Shown: positions 1-9,004, numbered from the stretch's first letter. The stretch: 28,359 nucleotides of DNA from Campylobacterota bacterium (GCA_034661055.1 JAYEKO010000091.1:1-28359), one strand, 5' to 3'. Numbers and translations are program-made. The notes: generated from the sequence alone by a model not told the origin.

Positions 1-58
1 ATTTATAAGGTTTCATATAATATTGTATCTTATTTGTATATTAAATGTCAATATATCA

Positions 59-80
59 GAACTATACCCGAACTATACCC
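59..80. repeat. 11-bp perfect tandem duplication (GAACTATACCC x2)
   Basis: 59-69 and 70-80 are identical; ends 2 bp before the REP-containing repeat array. Confidence 0.9.
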
Positions 81-82
81 CT

Positions 83-222
83 CTTTCTCATTCCATCTCT
101 CTTGAGATGGAATGCATAGAGTAACACAGCAACATACAAAGTACATTACACCTTTCTCGTTCCATCTCTCTTGAGATGGAATGCATAGAGTAACACAGCA
201 ACATACAAAGTACATTACACCT
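83..222. repeat. 69-bp tandem duplication containing REP-like hairpin A plus spacer
   Basis: 83-151 and 152-220 are identical except A90/G159 (match runs to 222); each unit has hairpin C(A/G)TTCCATCTC-TCTT-GAGATGGAATG (89-114, 158-183). Confidence 0.95.
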
Positions 223-243
223 CAGGAGAGGTGTAACGAGAGA
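153..243. repeat. REPIN-like element: two related REP hairpins in inverted orientation with a 25-bp spacer
   Basis: 153-185 (TTTCTCGTTCCATCTCTCTTGAGATGGAATGCA) aligns ungapped with the reverse complement of 211-243 (TCTCTCGTTACACCTCTCCTGAGGTGTAATGTA) at 26/33 positions; lies directly upstream of a RAYT gene. Confidence 0.85.
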
Positions 244-345
244 GAACAAGATAGAGATAGAAAGAATAAAAATATAGCATACTGCAATATAATTAAATAA
301 AGCAAAAAACTTCCATTACAATATATAAAAAAAAGGCTACCGAAA

Positions 346-879
346 ATGGGACGAAGTAGATATAAAATTTATGAACCAACACACCCACATTTTGTAACAT
401 GCACTATTCTACATTGGATTCCAATATTTACACGCAAAGAAAGTGTACAAATAATTTTAGATTGTTTATCATTTCTAAAAGAAAAAGAAAATCTAAAATT
501 ATTTGCATATGTTATCCTTGAAAATCATCTACATTTAGTTGTACAAAGTGATGACTTACCTAAAAGTATGGAATCATTTAAAAAATTTACAGCAAAAAAA
601 ATACTAGAATTACTAAGAAGAGAAAATGTAAAAAACATATTGGAACAATTGGCATTTTATAAAAAAGCACATCATAAAGGTAAAAATTTTCAAGTTTGGG
701 AAGAGGGTTATCAGCCTAAATTGCTTCAATCTGATGAGATGATGATAAATAAAATAAAGTATATTCATGAAAACCCTGTAAAGCGAGGGTATATTGATGA
801 TGCTACTCATTGGAGATATAGTAGTGCTAGAGATTATTCTGATATAGATGGACTGATAGAGGTAGATAGATTTTGGTAA
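346..879 (+). CDS. REP-associated tyrosine transposase (RAYT, IS200/IS605-superfamily Y1 HUH)
   Basis: N-terminal HFVT, HUH motif AYVILENHLHL, FKKFTA, VWEEGY, catalytic Tyr in YIHENPVKRG and WRYSS, all typical of RAYTs; AAAGG RBS at 332-336; intact 177 aa. Confidence 0.92.
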   Translation: MGRSRYKIYEPTHPHFVTCTILHWIPIFTRKESVQIILDCLSFLKEKENLKLFAYVILENHLHLVVQSDDLPKSMESFKKFTAKKILELLRRENVKNILEQLAFYKKAHHKGKNFQVWEEGYQPKLLQSDEMMINKIKYIHENPVKRGYIDDATHWRYSSARDYSDIDGLIEVDRFW

Positions 880-963
880 TACTTATACATTAACTACATT
901 ACACCTCAGGAGAGATAGATTTTGGTAATACTTATACATTAACTACATTACACCTCAGGAGAG
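864..963. repeat. 49-bp tandem duplication spanning the RAYT 3' end and a truncated REP hairpin B
   Basis: 864-912 is identical to 913-961 (match extends 2 more nt); includes the last RAYT codons and stop. Confidence 0.95.
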
Positions 964-978
964 GTGTAACGAGAGAGA
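944..978 (-). repeat. REP-like hairpin B, identical to 211-245
   Basis: TACATTACACCTCAGGAGAGGTGTAACGAGAGAGA; stem TTACACCTC/GAGGTGTAA with 4-nt loop; lies between the convergent RAYT and mnmA stops. Confidence 0.9.
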
Positions 979-999
979 GAAATCTAGGGTGCCCATATG

Positions 1000-2019
1000 C
1001 TAAATAATCCAACCGCCGCCAAGCAGTTTGTCGCCATCATAAAAGACCGCAGCCTGACCTGCTGCGACACCATATGCTGGCTCTTTTAAATCAATGCGTG
1101 CATTATTGTCCTGTATCTCTACATGACAGGGTATCGCTTTACTTCTGTAGCGAAGTTTTACGCTCGTATCAAAACTTTTTCTATTGTCAAACATATTAAG
1201 ATGTTCAATCTCAAGACTTCTGGTATTAAGCTCTTCACGCTTTCCTACAACAATCTGATTTGTCTTTGGTAAAATCTCTAAAACAAAATGTGGGTCATGA
1301 GCACCGTGAACCGTAAAGCCTTTACGCTTGCCTATGGTGTAGTGCATATAACCTTTATGTGTTCCTACTACCTCACCATTACAGTTAAGTACTTCACCCT
1401 CAGCATCGACATTAACATAATCTTTTAGTACATCTGTATAGGTGGTCTCAACAAAACAGATCTCACTTGATTCAGCTTGCTCGGCAAAGCTTTCTAAGCC
1501 ATCAATAGAAGCAGCCAAAGCCTTAATATCTGTTTTTTTTCTCGTTCCAAGTGGAAAAATAAGACGGGGAATAATGGCTCTATTAATATAAAAAAGAAAG
1601 TAACTCTGATCTTTAGTATCATCTTCGGCTTGAATAAGGTACTTACCATCATGACGCAGATAGTGTCCTGTTGCTAAGAAGTCTGCTCCAATTTCATCAG
1701 CATACTCAATCATAGCTCCAAACTTTAAATTACGATTGCACAGAGCACAGGGGTTAGGTGTTCGTCCCTCTTTATAGGTCTGTACAAATGGATTAAATAC
1801 ATTTTCATCAAAACGCTCTTGCAGATCAAGTACATGTAATTTTACATGTAAATTATCGGCTGCTTTTTGAGCGCGAGCTAAATGAATCTCATGGTAGCCA
1901 GGGCTATTATGAAGTTTCATGTAGAGCCCCTCCACTTCATACCCTTCATCTATTAAAAGCTTTGCAGATACAGTAGAGTCAACCCCACCACTCATACCTA
2001 CTAAAACCTTCTTACTCAT
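1000..2019 (-). CDS. mnmA: tRNA 2-thiouridine(34) synthase MnmA
   Basis: SGGVDS PP-loop, TPNPCALCN, ATGHY, KDQSYFL, ESSEICF, YTIGKRKG, GQAAVFY; start ATG at 2019 (MSKKVL) preferred, alternative 2025. Confidence 0.96.
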   Translation of the reverse strand: MSKKVLVGMSGGVDSTVSAKLLIDEGYEVEGLYMKLHNSPGYHEIHLARAQKAADNLHVKLHVLDLQERFDENVFNPFVQTYKEGRTPNPCALCNRNLKFGAMIEYADEIGADFLATGHYLRHDGKYLIQAEDDTKDQSYFLFYINRAIIPRLIFPLGTRKKTDIKALAASIDGLESFAEQAESSEICFVETTYTDVLKDYVNVDAEGEVLNCNGEVVGTHKGYMHYTIGKRKGFTVHGAHDPHFVLEILPKTNQIVVGKREELNTRSLEIEHLNMFDNRKSFDTSVKLRYRSKAIPCHVEIQDNNARIDLKEPAYGVAAGQAAVFYDGDKLLGGGWII

Positions 2020-2788
2020 CCCCATACTCTTTTGAGTTGTAAAAATCTTTTAGTGTTTTGAAATAGGATGTTGACTCCAACCCCTCTTCTTTTAGATTGT
2101 CTATCTGACATGCAAGAGATTTTTCAATCTCATCGGCAACAAAATCGAGATCATCTATTAGTGTAATAATCTCCATATCATGCTCTTCAATCATGTCATG
2201 CTCTAAAAGTGAGGTTTTCATAAAGTCAATTAATGGTGTATAGTAATCCACACCAATAACAAAAAGTCTGACCCCTTTTATTTTTTTTGTCTGAATCAGT
2301 GTTAAGGCCTCAAACAGCTCATCTAATGTTCCATAACCACCGGGGAAAACTACATATGACATGGAGTATTTAACCAGCATCACCTTGCGTGAAAAGAAGT
2401 AATCAAAGGTACACTCTTTAGTTGTAAAAGGGTTCGGTGACTGTTCGTGCGGTAGATCAATATTTAAACCAATTGATTCAACACAGTGTTTATTAAAGGC
2501 ACCTCTATTGGCAGCTTCCATAATACCCGGCCCGCCACCTGTAAGAATGTTAAAACCTTTAGCGGCCAATTTATCGGCAAGCTTCATAGCATTATTGTAA
2601 TGTACAGAATCTTTGTGTGCCCGTGCTCCGCCGAGTATAGTCACTGATGGTCCTAGGTCTCCTAACTCTTCAAAGCCTTGAACAAAATCTGCAATTACTT
2701 TAAAAACACCCCAGATATCTGAAGATTTAATATCTTTAACATAACGTTTAGCTAACTCTTTTTGTAAGTTTTTTCTACGTTCCATCAC
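2012..2788 (-). CDS. LOG-family nucleotide phosphoribohydrolase (TIGR00730 Rossmann-fold, 'lysine decarboxylase-like')
   Basis: TGGGPGIMEAAN, GLNIDLPHEQ, YFFSRK, PGGYGTLDE signature; start GTG 2788 or ATG 2785. Confidence 0.9.
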   Translation of the reverse strand: MMERRKNLQKELAKRYVKDIKSSDIWGVFKVIADFVQGFEELGDLGPSVTILGGARAHKDSVHYNNAMKLADKLAAKGFNILTGGGPGIMEAANRGAFNKHCVESIGLNIDLPHEQSPNPFTTKECTFDYFFSRKVMLVKYSMSYVVFPGGYGTLDELFEALTLIQTKKIKGVRLFVIGVDYYTPLIDFMKTSLLEHDMIEEHDMEIITLIDDLDFVADEIEKSLACQIDNLKEEGLESTSYFKTLKDFYNSKEYGDE

Positions 2789-2797
2789 TGCTATCTT

Positions 2798-3670
2798 TTA
2801 CGGTTTTAACTGGTTCAAACGATCTCTCTTGGTGCCAATTGTTGTAATTTGTATGCCAAAGTTTCCATCAACAATGACTACTTCGCCTTGGGCAATAACT
2901 CGATCGTCAACCAATATGTCAAGAGGGTCATTTGCAAGTTGATTAAGTTCAATAACAGAACCAATATCCATACTAAGTACATCTTTTAAAAGCATCTTTT
3001 TCTGTCCAATTCTAACACGAACCGGCAGTTTTACATCCATGATGAGTGATATGTTTTTCATCTCGCTCTCATCAAGATTATGTTGTTCTTGTTGAGTTGA
3101 CTCTATGGGTGCATTAGCTGATGGGCTTGACTCTTGCACAGGAGCACTCGAAGAGGAATCCTCAAAAGCACTTATAAAGGCATCATCTGCAACCAACATC
3201 ATTAATGAGTTGATACTTCCAAGTTCAAAGTTAAAAACATACATCTTACTAAAGCCGTCAACATCGACCTCTGAAGATTCATCAATATATTCAATATCTT
3301 CTACATTAAAGCCAACAACAGGAAGCTCTTTTTGCGCTGAAAGAGATGTTGAGATTGCTCCCACTATGTTGGAGGCAATCTCTTTAGTTGCATCAAGATC
3401 TTCCTCATCCATCGCCTCTTTAGCATCACCTTCACCACCAAGCATCAGATCACCTAGTGCGGTAGCGAGGCTTGGCGGCATCACCACCACAAGCTTTGCA
3501 TCAACTGCTCCCGTTACTGTAATTTTAGTAAGAGATGTAGGAGGAATAATATTTGATACTATCGTAATATCTTCTTCATTTTTATAGGTAAAAGTAGGTG
3601 CTTGACCTGTTAACCCTTCAATAGTTGCTACTGTTTCACTTTGAAAAAGCTTTATGAAATCATCAATCAT
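2798..3670 (-). CDS. fliY: Flagellar motor switch protein FliY (CheC-like plus FliN/SpoA domain)
   Basis: C-terminal FliN-like domain (DVKLPVRVRIG, GEVVIVDGNFGIQI); follows fliM as in Campylobacter/Helicobacter. Confidence 0.93.
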   Translation of the reverse strand: MIDDFIKLFQSETVATIEGLTGQAPTFTYKNEEDITIVSNIIPPTSLTKITVTGAVDAKLVVVMPPSLATALGDLMLGGEGDAKEAMDEEDLDATKEIASNIVGAISTSLSAQKELPVVGFNVEDIEYIDESSEVDVDGFSKMYVFNFELGSINSLMMLVADDAFISAFEDSSSSAPVQESSPSANAPIESTQQEQHNLDESEMKNISLIMDVKLPVRVRIGQKKMLLKDVLSMDIGSVIELNQLANDPLDILVDDRVIAQGEVVIVDGNFGIQITTIGTKRDRLNQLKP

Positions 3671-4760
3671 CTATATCTTCCTCTTCGCTTATATCTTCTT
3701 CTATTATATTTTTTACACCTGAAATTGTCTCAAAACGTTCATCTTCAAAGCGTTTTAGTGCTCGTTTTACTGCATCTTTTTCTGTATCAATCACTTCTGT
3801 GATTTGAATTGATTTTCTAAAACGTCGAAGTCCAATTTCACCTCTGAAGCGATTTTTTCCATCAACTTTCATGGTTATAATGTCATCCCCTGCATTATTT
3901 AGCCGAACGACATCCCCTTGTGAAAGCTCTAAAATGTCACCCAAGGAGAGTTCAGCAGTTCCAAGGTCAGCTTCAATGGTCACTTCCGCACCACCAAGTA
4001 AGACTTTCAACTCCTGATTTCTACTCTTTTTAGAACTTGTCTCATTAAGCATAAGATCACGACTTGCCAACTTTGGAAGAACAGGCTCAAGTGCAATTAC
4101 AGGATAACATATATTCATCATTCCAGAGCTGTGCCCAATAATAATTTCCATAACAACCATAACGACAATCTCATTTTGTGCCACAATCTGAACAACATTT
4201 GGGCTAGACTCTTTTGATTCAACAGCAGGATAAATCTCGCTAGCAGGTTGCCAGGCTGCCCGCAGTGTATTCATCATGACACGCAAGATTGTCTCAAATA
4301 GACTTAACTCAATATCTGAAAACTCTCGTGTCGATTCAAAAGGTTCTCCTTTTCCACCAAGAAGACGATCTAGCATTGGAAAAGCGATGGATGGATTAAT
4401 CTCTAAAACACCGTTGCCCTCCAGAGGCTTCATTGAAAAGACATTAAAACTTGTTGGATTTGGAAGCGACATCAAAAATTCACCATAAGTCATCTGATCA
4501 ACAGAATGAAGTTGAATCTCAACAATTGATCGCATAATGGCAGATATCTGTGATGCAAGTGAACGTGCCATTTTATCGTGAATACCACGAAAGGCGCGTA
4601 GCTGCTCTTTTGAGACACGATTTGGTCGCTTAAAATCATAGAGCGTAATTTGTCGTTGTGGATAAAGCTGCTCTTCGTCTACTGCAAGGTTATCATCACC
4701 ATCATCATCAACAACGTCGAGTAGAGCATCAATCTCTTCTTGTGAAAGAATATCAGCCAT
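3663..4760 (-). CDS. fliM: Flagellar motor switch protein FliM
   Basis: MADILSQEEIDALL CheY-binding peptide, YDFKRP, LLGG motif. Confidence 0.97.
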   Translation of the reverse strand: MADILSQEEIDALLDVVDDDGDDNLAVDEEQLYPQRQITLYDFKRPNRVSKEQLRAFRGIHDKMARSLASQISAIMRSIVEIQLHSVDQMTYGEFLMSLPNPTSFNVFSMKPLEGNGVLEINPSIAFPMLDRLLGGKGEPFESTREFSDIELSLFETILRVMMNTLRAAWQPASEIYPAVESKESSPNVVQIVAQNEIVVMVVMEIIIGHSSGMMNICYPVIALEPVLPKLASRDLMLNETSSKKSRNQELKVLLGGAEVTIEADLGTAELSLGDILELSQGDVVRLNNAGDDIITMKVDGKNRFRGEIGLRRFRKSIQITEVIDTEKDAVKRALKRFEDERFETISGVKNIIEEDISEEEDIDD

Positions 4761-5451
4761 CGTCTCCTCCCACTGCAGTTTTTATTTTTCTAATCACAGA
4801 TTTATGAATCTGTGAAATACGTGATTCTGTGATTTGTAGAACTTCACTAATCTCTTTAAGTGTCAACTCCTCAAAATAGTAGAGTTGAATAATAAGTTGC
4901 TCTCGTTCACTGTAATTACTTAAAACAGATTTTATCACATCTACAAGCTCTTCACGCTCCACTTTCTCTAGTGCTGCACCGCCATCACCATTTTGAAGCT
5001 GATCATCTAAGGGCATCACCGTATAAATATCAGAAGCGATACGTGCGTCATGAATCTTCTCTACACTCTCTCCTATCATCTCTGAAAGCTGTTCATTGGT
5101 AGGTTCAATCTCATGTGTGATTAGGTACTCTTCAATCCTGTAATTAATAGCTTTAATGAGCTTCCTGTTAGCACGACTGACAATATCAAGAGAACGGAGG
5201 TAATCTAACATTGAACCATATACTCTAGTTTTTGCATAACCCCAAAATGAATCATTTTGAGTCTCATCATAACGACGTGAAAGTTTTACTAACTCTTCTG
5301 TTCCAATAGCTGAGAGGTCCATATAATCTACAGAACTTGGCAGTCGCTCTTTTAGGCGAAATGCCATTGCTCGTACCGCAGGAAGATAATCAATTGCTAA
5401 CTGATCTTCTTTGTGTTTAAGCTCTTGATTATAGGGATTTCTTTGTATCAT
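4753..5451 (-). CDS. fliA: RNA polymerase sigma-28 factor FliA
   Basis: Sigma region 2 (YAKTRVYGSMLDYLR) and region 4 (YYFEELTLKEISEVLQITESRISQIH). Confidence 0.96.
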   Translation of the reverse strand: MIQRNPYNQELKHKEDQLAIDYLPAVRAMAFRLKERLPSSVDYMDLSAIGTEELVKLSRRYDETQNDSFWGYAKTRVYGSMLDYLRSLDIVSRANRKLIKAINYRIEEYLITHEIEPTNEQLSEMIGESVEKIHDARIASDIYTVMPLDDQLQNGDGGAALEKVEREELVDVIKSVLSNYSEREQLIIQLYYFEELTLKEISEVLQITESRISQIHKSVIRKIKTAVGGDDG

Positions 5452-5795
5452 GCAGCTTCCTCAACATTAGCCTGAGTGTTGGCAGAAGCACTAATAAAAT
5501 TAACAGAACTACTCATATCATAAGGCTCATCAATGCTTAACTCACGCTTCTCAATCTCACGAATATAATAGTCTAAGTCTTTCTCATGACGCTCTTTTGA
5601 AAACATACCTTTTTTACCCAAAAACGTTCGATAATACAGAGCAACAAACAGGTGCGAAAAGAGGTAAAAAAAGATACTAATCAAAAAGGTATATGTCAAT
5701 ATATCTACAGCGCTTTGTGCTTGTAAAACTGCAATTACAAGTCCTAAAAAAAAGCCTTGAACCGTAAGAAAAGCGACGAAATTGTTACCTCTCAT
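5448..5795 (-). CDS. Conserved small membrane protein between flhG and fliA (positional equivalent of Cj0062c/HP1033)
   Basis: Two hydrophobic helices; occupies the syntenic slot in the Campylobacterota flhF-flhG-X-fliA operon; AAGG RBS. Confidence 0.8.
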   Translation of the reverse strand: MRGNNFVAFLTVQGFFLGLVIAVLQAQSAVDILTYTFLISIFFYLFSHLFVALYYRTFLGKKGMFSKERHEKDLDYYIREIEKRELSIDEPYDMSSSVNFISASANTQANVEEAA

Positions 5796-5811
5796 ATAAT
5801 AAACCTTACTA

Positions 5812-6687
5812 TTAAAAATGTTCCATAAGTCGCTTAAACAAGCCGCTTAATCCACTATCTTGCGACTCTACAAGCATATTACGTTCCATTTTTTGCACCA
5901 CTCTCTTTGCAATCATCTCAAGATCACGTGAAGGAGTAGCGTGAGGATGCTCTTTTACAAAAAGCGTTCTCTGCTTAACACTGTGGGACACTTTGGCATC
6001 TTGCGTTATTTTTCCTAGTAGTGTCAAGTTTAACTGCGCACCAATATTTACAAGTGCCACTTTTTTGATTTTAGCAAAAACTCCTTGAGCCTCTTTATCG
6101 TTACAGACCTGATTCATGACAACTTGAATATCATCACGTAGCTTTGCTGTTACTTTGATGGTTGCATAAGCATCTGTAATGGCTGCAGGGTCTGGAACCG
6201 TAACAACTACGACATCATCTGAAGCTTGCAAAAAGAGCTGTATATGCTCTCCTATACCTGCTCCAGTATCAATAATCAAAATATCTAAGTCATCCAGACT
6301 TGATGCATCTTGCATAAAACGTTCAAACATCTTAGCATCTGCATAATTTAAAATCTCTTGTCCACTCTCACCTGGAATAAGCACCAAGTTATCATTAATT
6401 GGAATTAAAATTTCTGAAACTGTAGCTTCACCTTTAAGTACATGCAAAATATTCTTTTTAATTTTTACGTTAAACATAACATCTAAATTTGCTAGCCCAA
6501 TATCTGCATCAAAAATACCAACTTTAAGTCCATTTTGAGAGAGAAGATAGGCAAGATTAGAGCTAATTGTACTTTTACCCACTCCACCTTTGCCACTAGT
6601 AACTGCTAAAAAACGTGTCTTTTTTGCCGTTTTTTGACTCTGCGATGAAACAAGCTCTTCTAGTTTTGATGCTTGATGGTTCATCAT
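5812..6687 (-). CDS. flhG: MinD-like flagellar number regulator FlhG
   Basis: N-terminal HQA motif, TSGKGGVGKS Walker A, DADIGLAN, DTGAG; directly after flhF. Confidence 0.95.
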   Translation of the reverse strand: MMNHQASKLEELVSSQSQKTAKKTRFLAVTSGKGGVGKSTISSNLAYLLSQNGLKVGIFDADIGLANLDVMFNVKIKKNILHVLKGEATVSEILIPINDNLVLIPGESGQEILNYADAKMFERFMQDASSLDDLDILIIDTGAGIGEHIQLFLQASDDVVVVTVPDPAAITDAYATIKVTAKLRDDIQVVMNQVCNDKEAQGVFAKIKKVALVNIGAQLNLTLLGKITQDAKVSHSVKQRTLFVKEHPHATPSRDLEMIAKRVVQKMERNMLVESQDSGLSGLFKRLMEHF

Positions 6688-7934
6688 GACATCCTACTTC
6701 TGTCAAAACCGTGCAAGAGACAATCAATTAACATCTCACTCTTGGCTGCTACTAAATCCTCAGGAACCTCTTGTCCAATAGAGAAGTAGCTAATTGGCTT
6801 TTTTGTCTCATAGACTAAAGAGAAGATATTTCCAAAGCCACGTGTCTCATCTAACTTGGTAAACATGACCGTATCAACACCTAGTGTTGAAAAATTATCA
6901 TAAGTAGCCTGCATATCTTCATATTTGATAGAACTCGGCATTACCAAAACAACATCAACATTAAACTCAGTATCATTAGAGTGCAGACACTCATAAATCT
7001 TCTCAATTTTATCTTTATCGTATGGTGATGATCCCATAGTGTCAATTAAAATATAGTCACAATAACGCAGTGACTCTAAAGCGTTGGCAAACTCCGGAGG
7101 GTCAACAACCGTCTCAATACCAAGCTTCATCATTCTAGCGTACTGCATTAACTGCTCAACTGCACCAATTCTGTAAGTGTCAAGCACTACAAGACCAACC
7201 TTATGGTTTTTATCCATAAGATATGAGTAACGAGCAGCCAACTTTGCAATTGATGTTGTCTTACCAACGCCAGTGGGCCCTACAAGCATAATGACTTTTT
7301 TACTCCGGCTATTAGGCTCTTTTTCTAAACGTACTGGGACCATCTTACGAAGTAGTGTCTGAAAATAACGTTTGACACTAACTGAACTCTCTCTCATTTT
7401 AGAGGGCATATGTTCTAATGAGAGCTTCATGATCTCATCAAGATGCTCTTTACTCATACCACTTTGAAGTGACAACTTGTATATCTCAGCAAACTCAGAT
7501 GGTATTGTCACTTCCAGATCAGGTGATTTCTCATCCCAAAACATATTTTGAATTAGCTTTACTTTGTCGGTAAGTTTACTAATTTCACCTTTAATCAGTT
7601 TTAAGTCTTCATTAGAGCTACCCGGTGTTTTACTAGGAGCCTCTTGAGTCACATCAGCAATCTGTGAAATCTGCTTTGCTGCTTCTGAAATATTAAAAAG
7701 AACTTCACTACTTTTTTCAGCGATTGGTTTTACTGGTGTGGTTTTTTTCTTTATTGGCATTGTATGAAGTTTATCTTCGTCAATACCCACAACAATCTCA
7801 TACAGTGCACTTTTACCCAGTGCTTTTTTTTGAAGTTCACGAGTCTCAATTAACATCGCCTCTTCACCCACCTCTCCTTGAGCACGTTTAAGTGCTTCAG
7901 CTGGTGTTGCACCGCTAAAAGTTAAAATTTTCAT
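6684..7934 (-). CDS. flhF: Flagellar biosynthesis SRP-type GTPase FlhF
   Basis: GPTGVGKTT, DTYRIGA, DTMG, TKLDE, GQEVPEDL; start 7934 (TAATG overlap with folK stop, AGGAAG 6 nt upstream). Confidence 0.96.
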   Translation of the reverse strand: MKILTFSGATPAEALKRAQGEVGEEAMLIETRELQKKALGKSALYEIVVGIDEDKLHTMPIKKKTTPVKPIAEKSSEVLFNISEAAKQISQIADVTQEAPSKTPGSSNEDLKLIKGEISKLTDKVKLIQNMFWDEKSPDLEVTIPSEFAEIYKLSLQSGMSKEHLDEIMKLSLEHMPSKMRESSVSVKRYFQTLLRKMVPVRLEKEPNSRSKKVIMLVGPTGVGKTTSIAKLAARYSYLMDKNHKVGLVVLDTYRIGAVEQLMQYARMMKLGIETVVDPPEFANALESLRYCDYILIDTMGSSPYDKDKIEKIYECLHSNDTEFNVDVVLVMPSSIKYEDMQATYDNFSTLGVDTVMFTKLDETRGFGNIFSLVYETKKPISYFSIGQEVPEDLVAAKSEMLIDCLLHGFDRSRMS

Positions 7935-8425
7935 TAACATCTTCCTAAAAAACTAAGTGGGATAATAACACTCTCTCTACTCTGCCAAGAGGGATGAGGA
8001 AGTGTTAATTCTTTACTCTGTATGACTCGTGAATCAAAGAAAATCATGTCAATATCAAGTGTACGCGGAGCATCAGCAAAACTGCGCTTACGCCCAAACT
8101 TTTTTTCTACATGTAAAATATAACGTAAAAATTCTTTTGCCTGCATTGACGTTGAAACCTCTAAAACCGAATTTAAAAAATCTTCCTGTTCTATAAATCC
8201 AAAAGGAGGATTTTTTAAAATCGGTGCCGTCTCTATTAGCGTTACTCGATTGTCTCTTTTTAAAAAATGAATAAGACGAATAAAGCGTCGTCTCACATCA
8301 CCAATGTTTCCACCAATTCCCAAAACAGCGCGATATCGATGCCGATTTATGACAGCAAATCGCGCAGGAAAACATCGATCACTAAAAAGAGTTAACTCTG
8401 AATTGATTCGATGCTTTATTGGCAT
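7934..8425 (-). CDS. folK: 2-amino-4-hydroxy-6-hydroxymethyldihydropteridine diphosphokinase
   Basis: GIGGNIG, FLNSV, PRTLDIDMI, LPHP motifs. Confidence 0.95.
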   Translation of the reverse strand: MPIKHRINSELTLFSDRCFPARFAVINRHRYRAVLGIGGNIGDVRRRFIRLIHFLKRDNRVTLIETAPILKNPPFGFIEQEDFLNSVLEVSTSMQAKEFLRYILHVEKKFGRKRSFADAPRTLDIDMIFFDSRVIQSKELTLPHPSWQSRESVIIPLSFLGRC

Positions 8426-8427
8426 AT

Positions 8428-8916
8428 TTACGCTTGAGGTGCCGCAGCTTGTTGCTGTGCTTGCATCTCTTTAGCTGCTTTAACCTCATTTAAAATCTGA
8501 GTCATACCAATCATTGCCAGGTGGTATCCAAAAGGACCAAACCCTACAATTGAAGAGGCACATACCGGTGCAATCATGTTCTCTTTTCTAAACTCTTCAC
8601 GACGGTGAATGTTACTGATATGAACTTCAATAGTCGGGATATTTACCGCTGCAATTGCATCACGAATAGCAATTGATGTGTGTGTGTATGCCGCAGGATT
8701 AATTACGATTCCATCTATTTCGCCATAACACTCTTGAATACGATCAACAATCTCACCCTCTAAGTTACTCTGAAAAAATTCAACTTCTAAACCATTTTGA
8801 GTTCCGAAATCTTTCATCTGTGCATGAATTTGCTCTAACTTCATTGGACCATAAATCTGTTGTTCTCGAATACCAAGCATATTTAAATTTGGACCTTGAA
8901 TCACTGCTATTTTCAT
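8428..8916 (-). CDS. aroQ: Type II 3-dehydroquinate dehydratase
   Basis: [32 protein letters not shown]. Confidence 0.97.
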   Translation of the reverse strand: MKIAVIQGPNLNMLGIREQQIYGPMKLEQIHAQMKDFGTQNGLEVEFFQSNLEGEIVDRIQECYGEIDGIVINPAAYTHTSIAIRDAIAAVNIPTIEVHISNIHRREEFRKENMIAPVCASSIVGFGPFGYHLAMIGMTQILNEVKAAKEMQAQQQAAAPQA

Positions 8917-8949
8917 TTGTTACCTTTAGCTTATTTTTTTAAAGTCTTT

Positions 8950-8955
8950 ATTATA
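8950..8955 (-). promoter_or_regulatory. Candidate sigma70 -10 box (TATAAT) for the aroQ-folK-flhF...mnmA operon
   Basis: Perfect TATAAT on the minus strand 33 nt upstream of the aroQ ATG in the 88-bp divergent intergenic region; AAAGG RBS downstream. Confidence 0.55.
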
Positions 8956-9004
8956 CAATGTAAAGCATAATCTATTTTAAATTTATAGAAAAATAGGCAT
9001 ATAT

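Larger units (their letters stand above)
83..978 (+). mobile_element. RAYT/REPIN locus (REP-associated tyrosine transposase with flanking REP hairpins)
   Basis: Y1 HUH transposase ORF bracketed by an identical 35-bp hairpin-containing direct repeat (211-245 and 944-978); visibly more AT-rich than the neighbouring genes. Confidence 0.85.

Noticed and set aside
83..245. CRISPR array interpretation of the palindromic repeats
   Set aside because: The intervening sequences are identical rather than unique spacers, there are only two units, no cas genes are present, and the adjacent RAYT explains them as REPs.
3105..3587. 160-aa plus-strand ORF
   Set aside because: Fully antisense to fliY, Ser-rich shadow translation with no recognisable motif.
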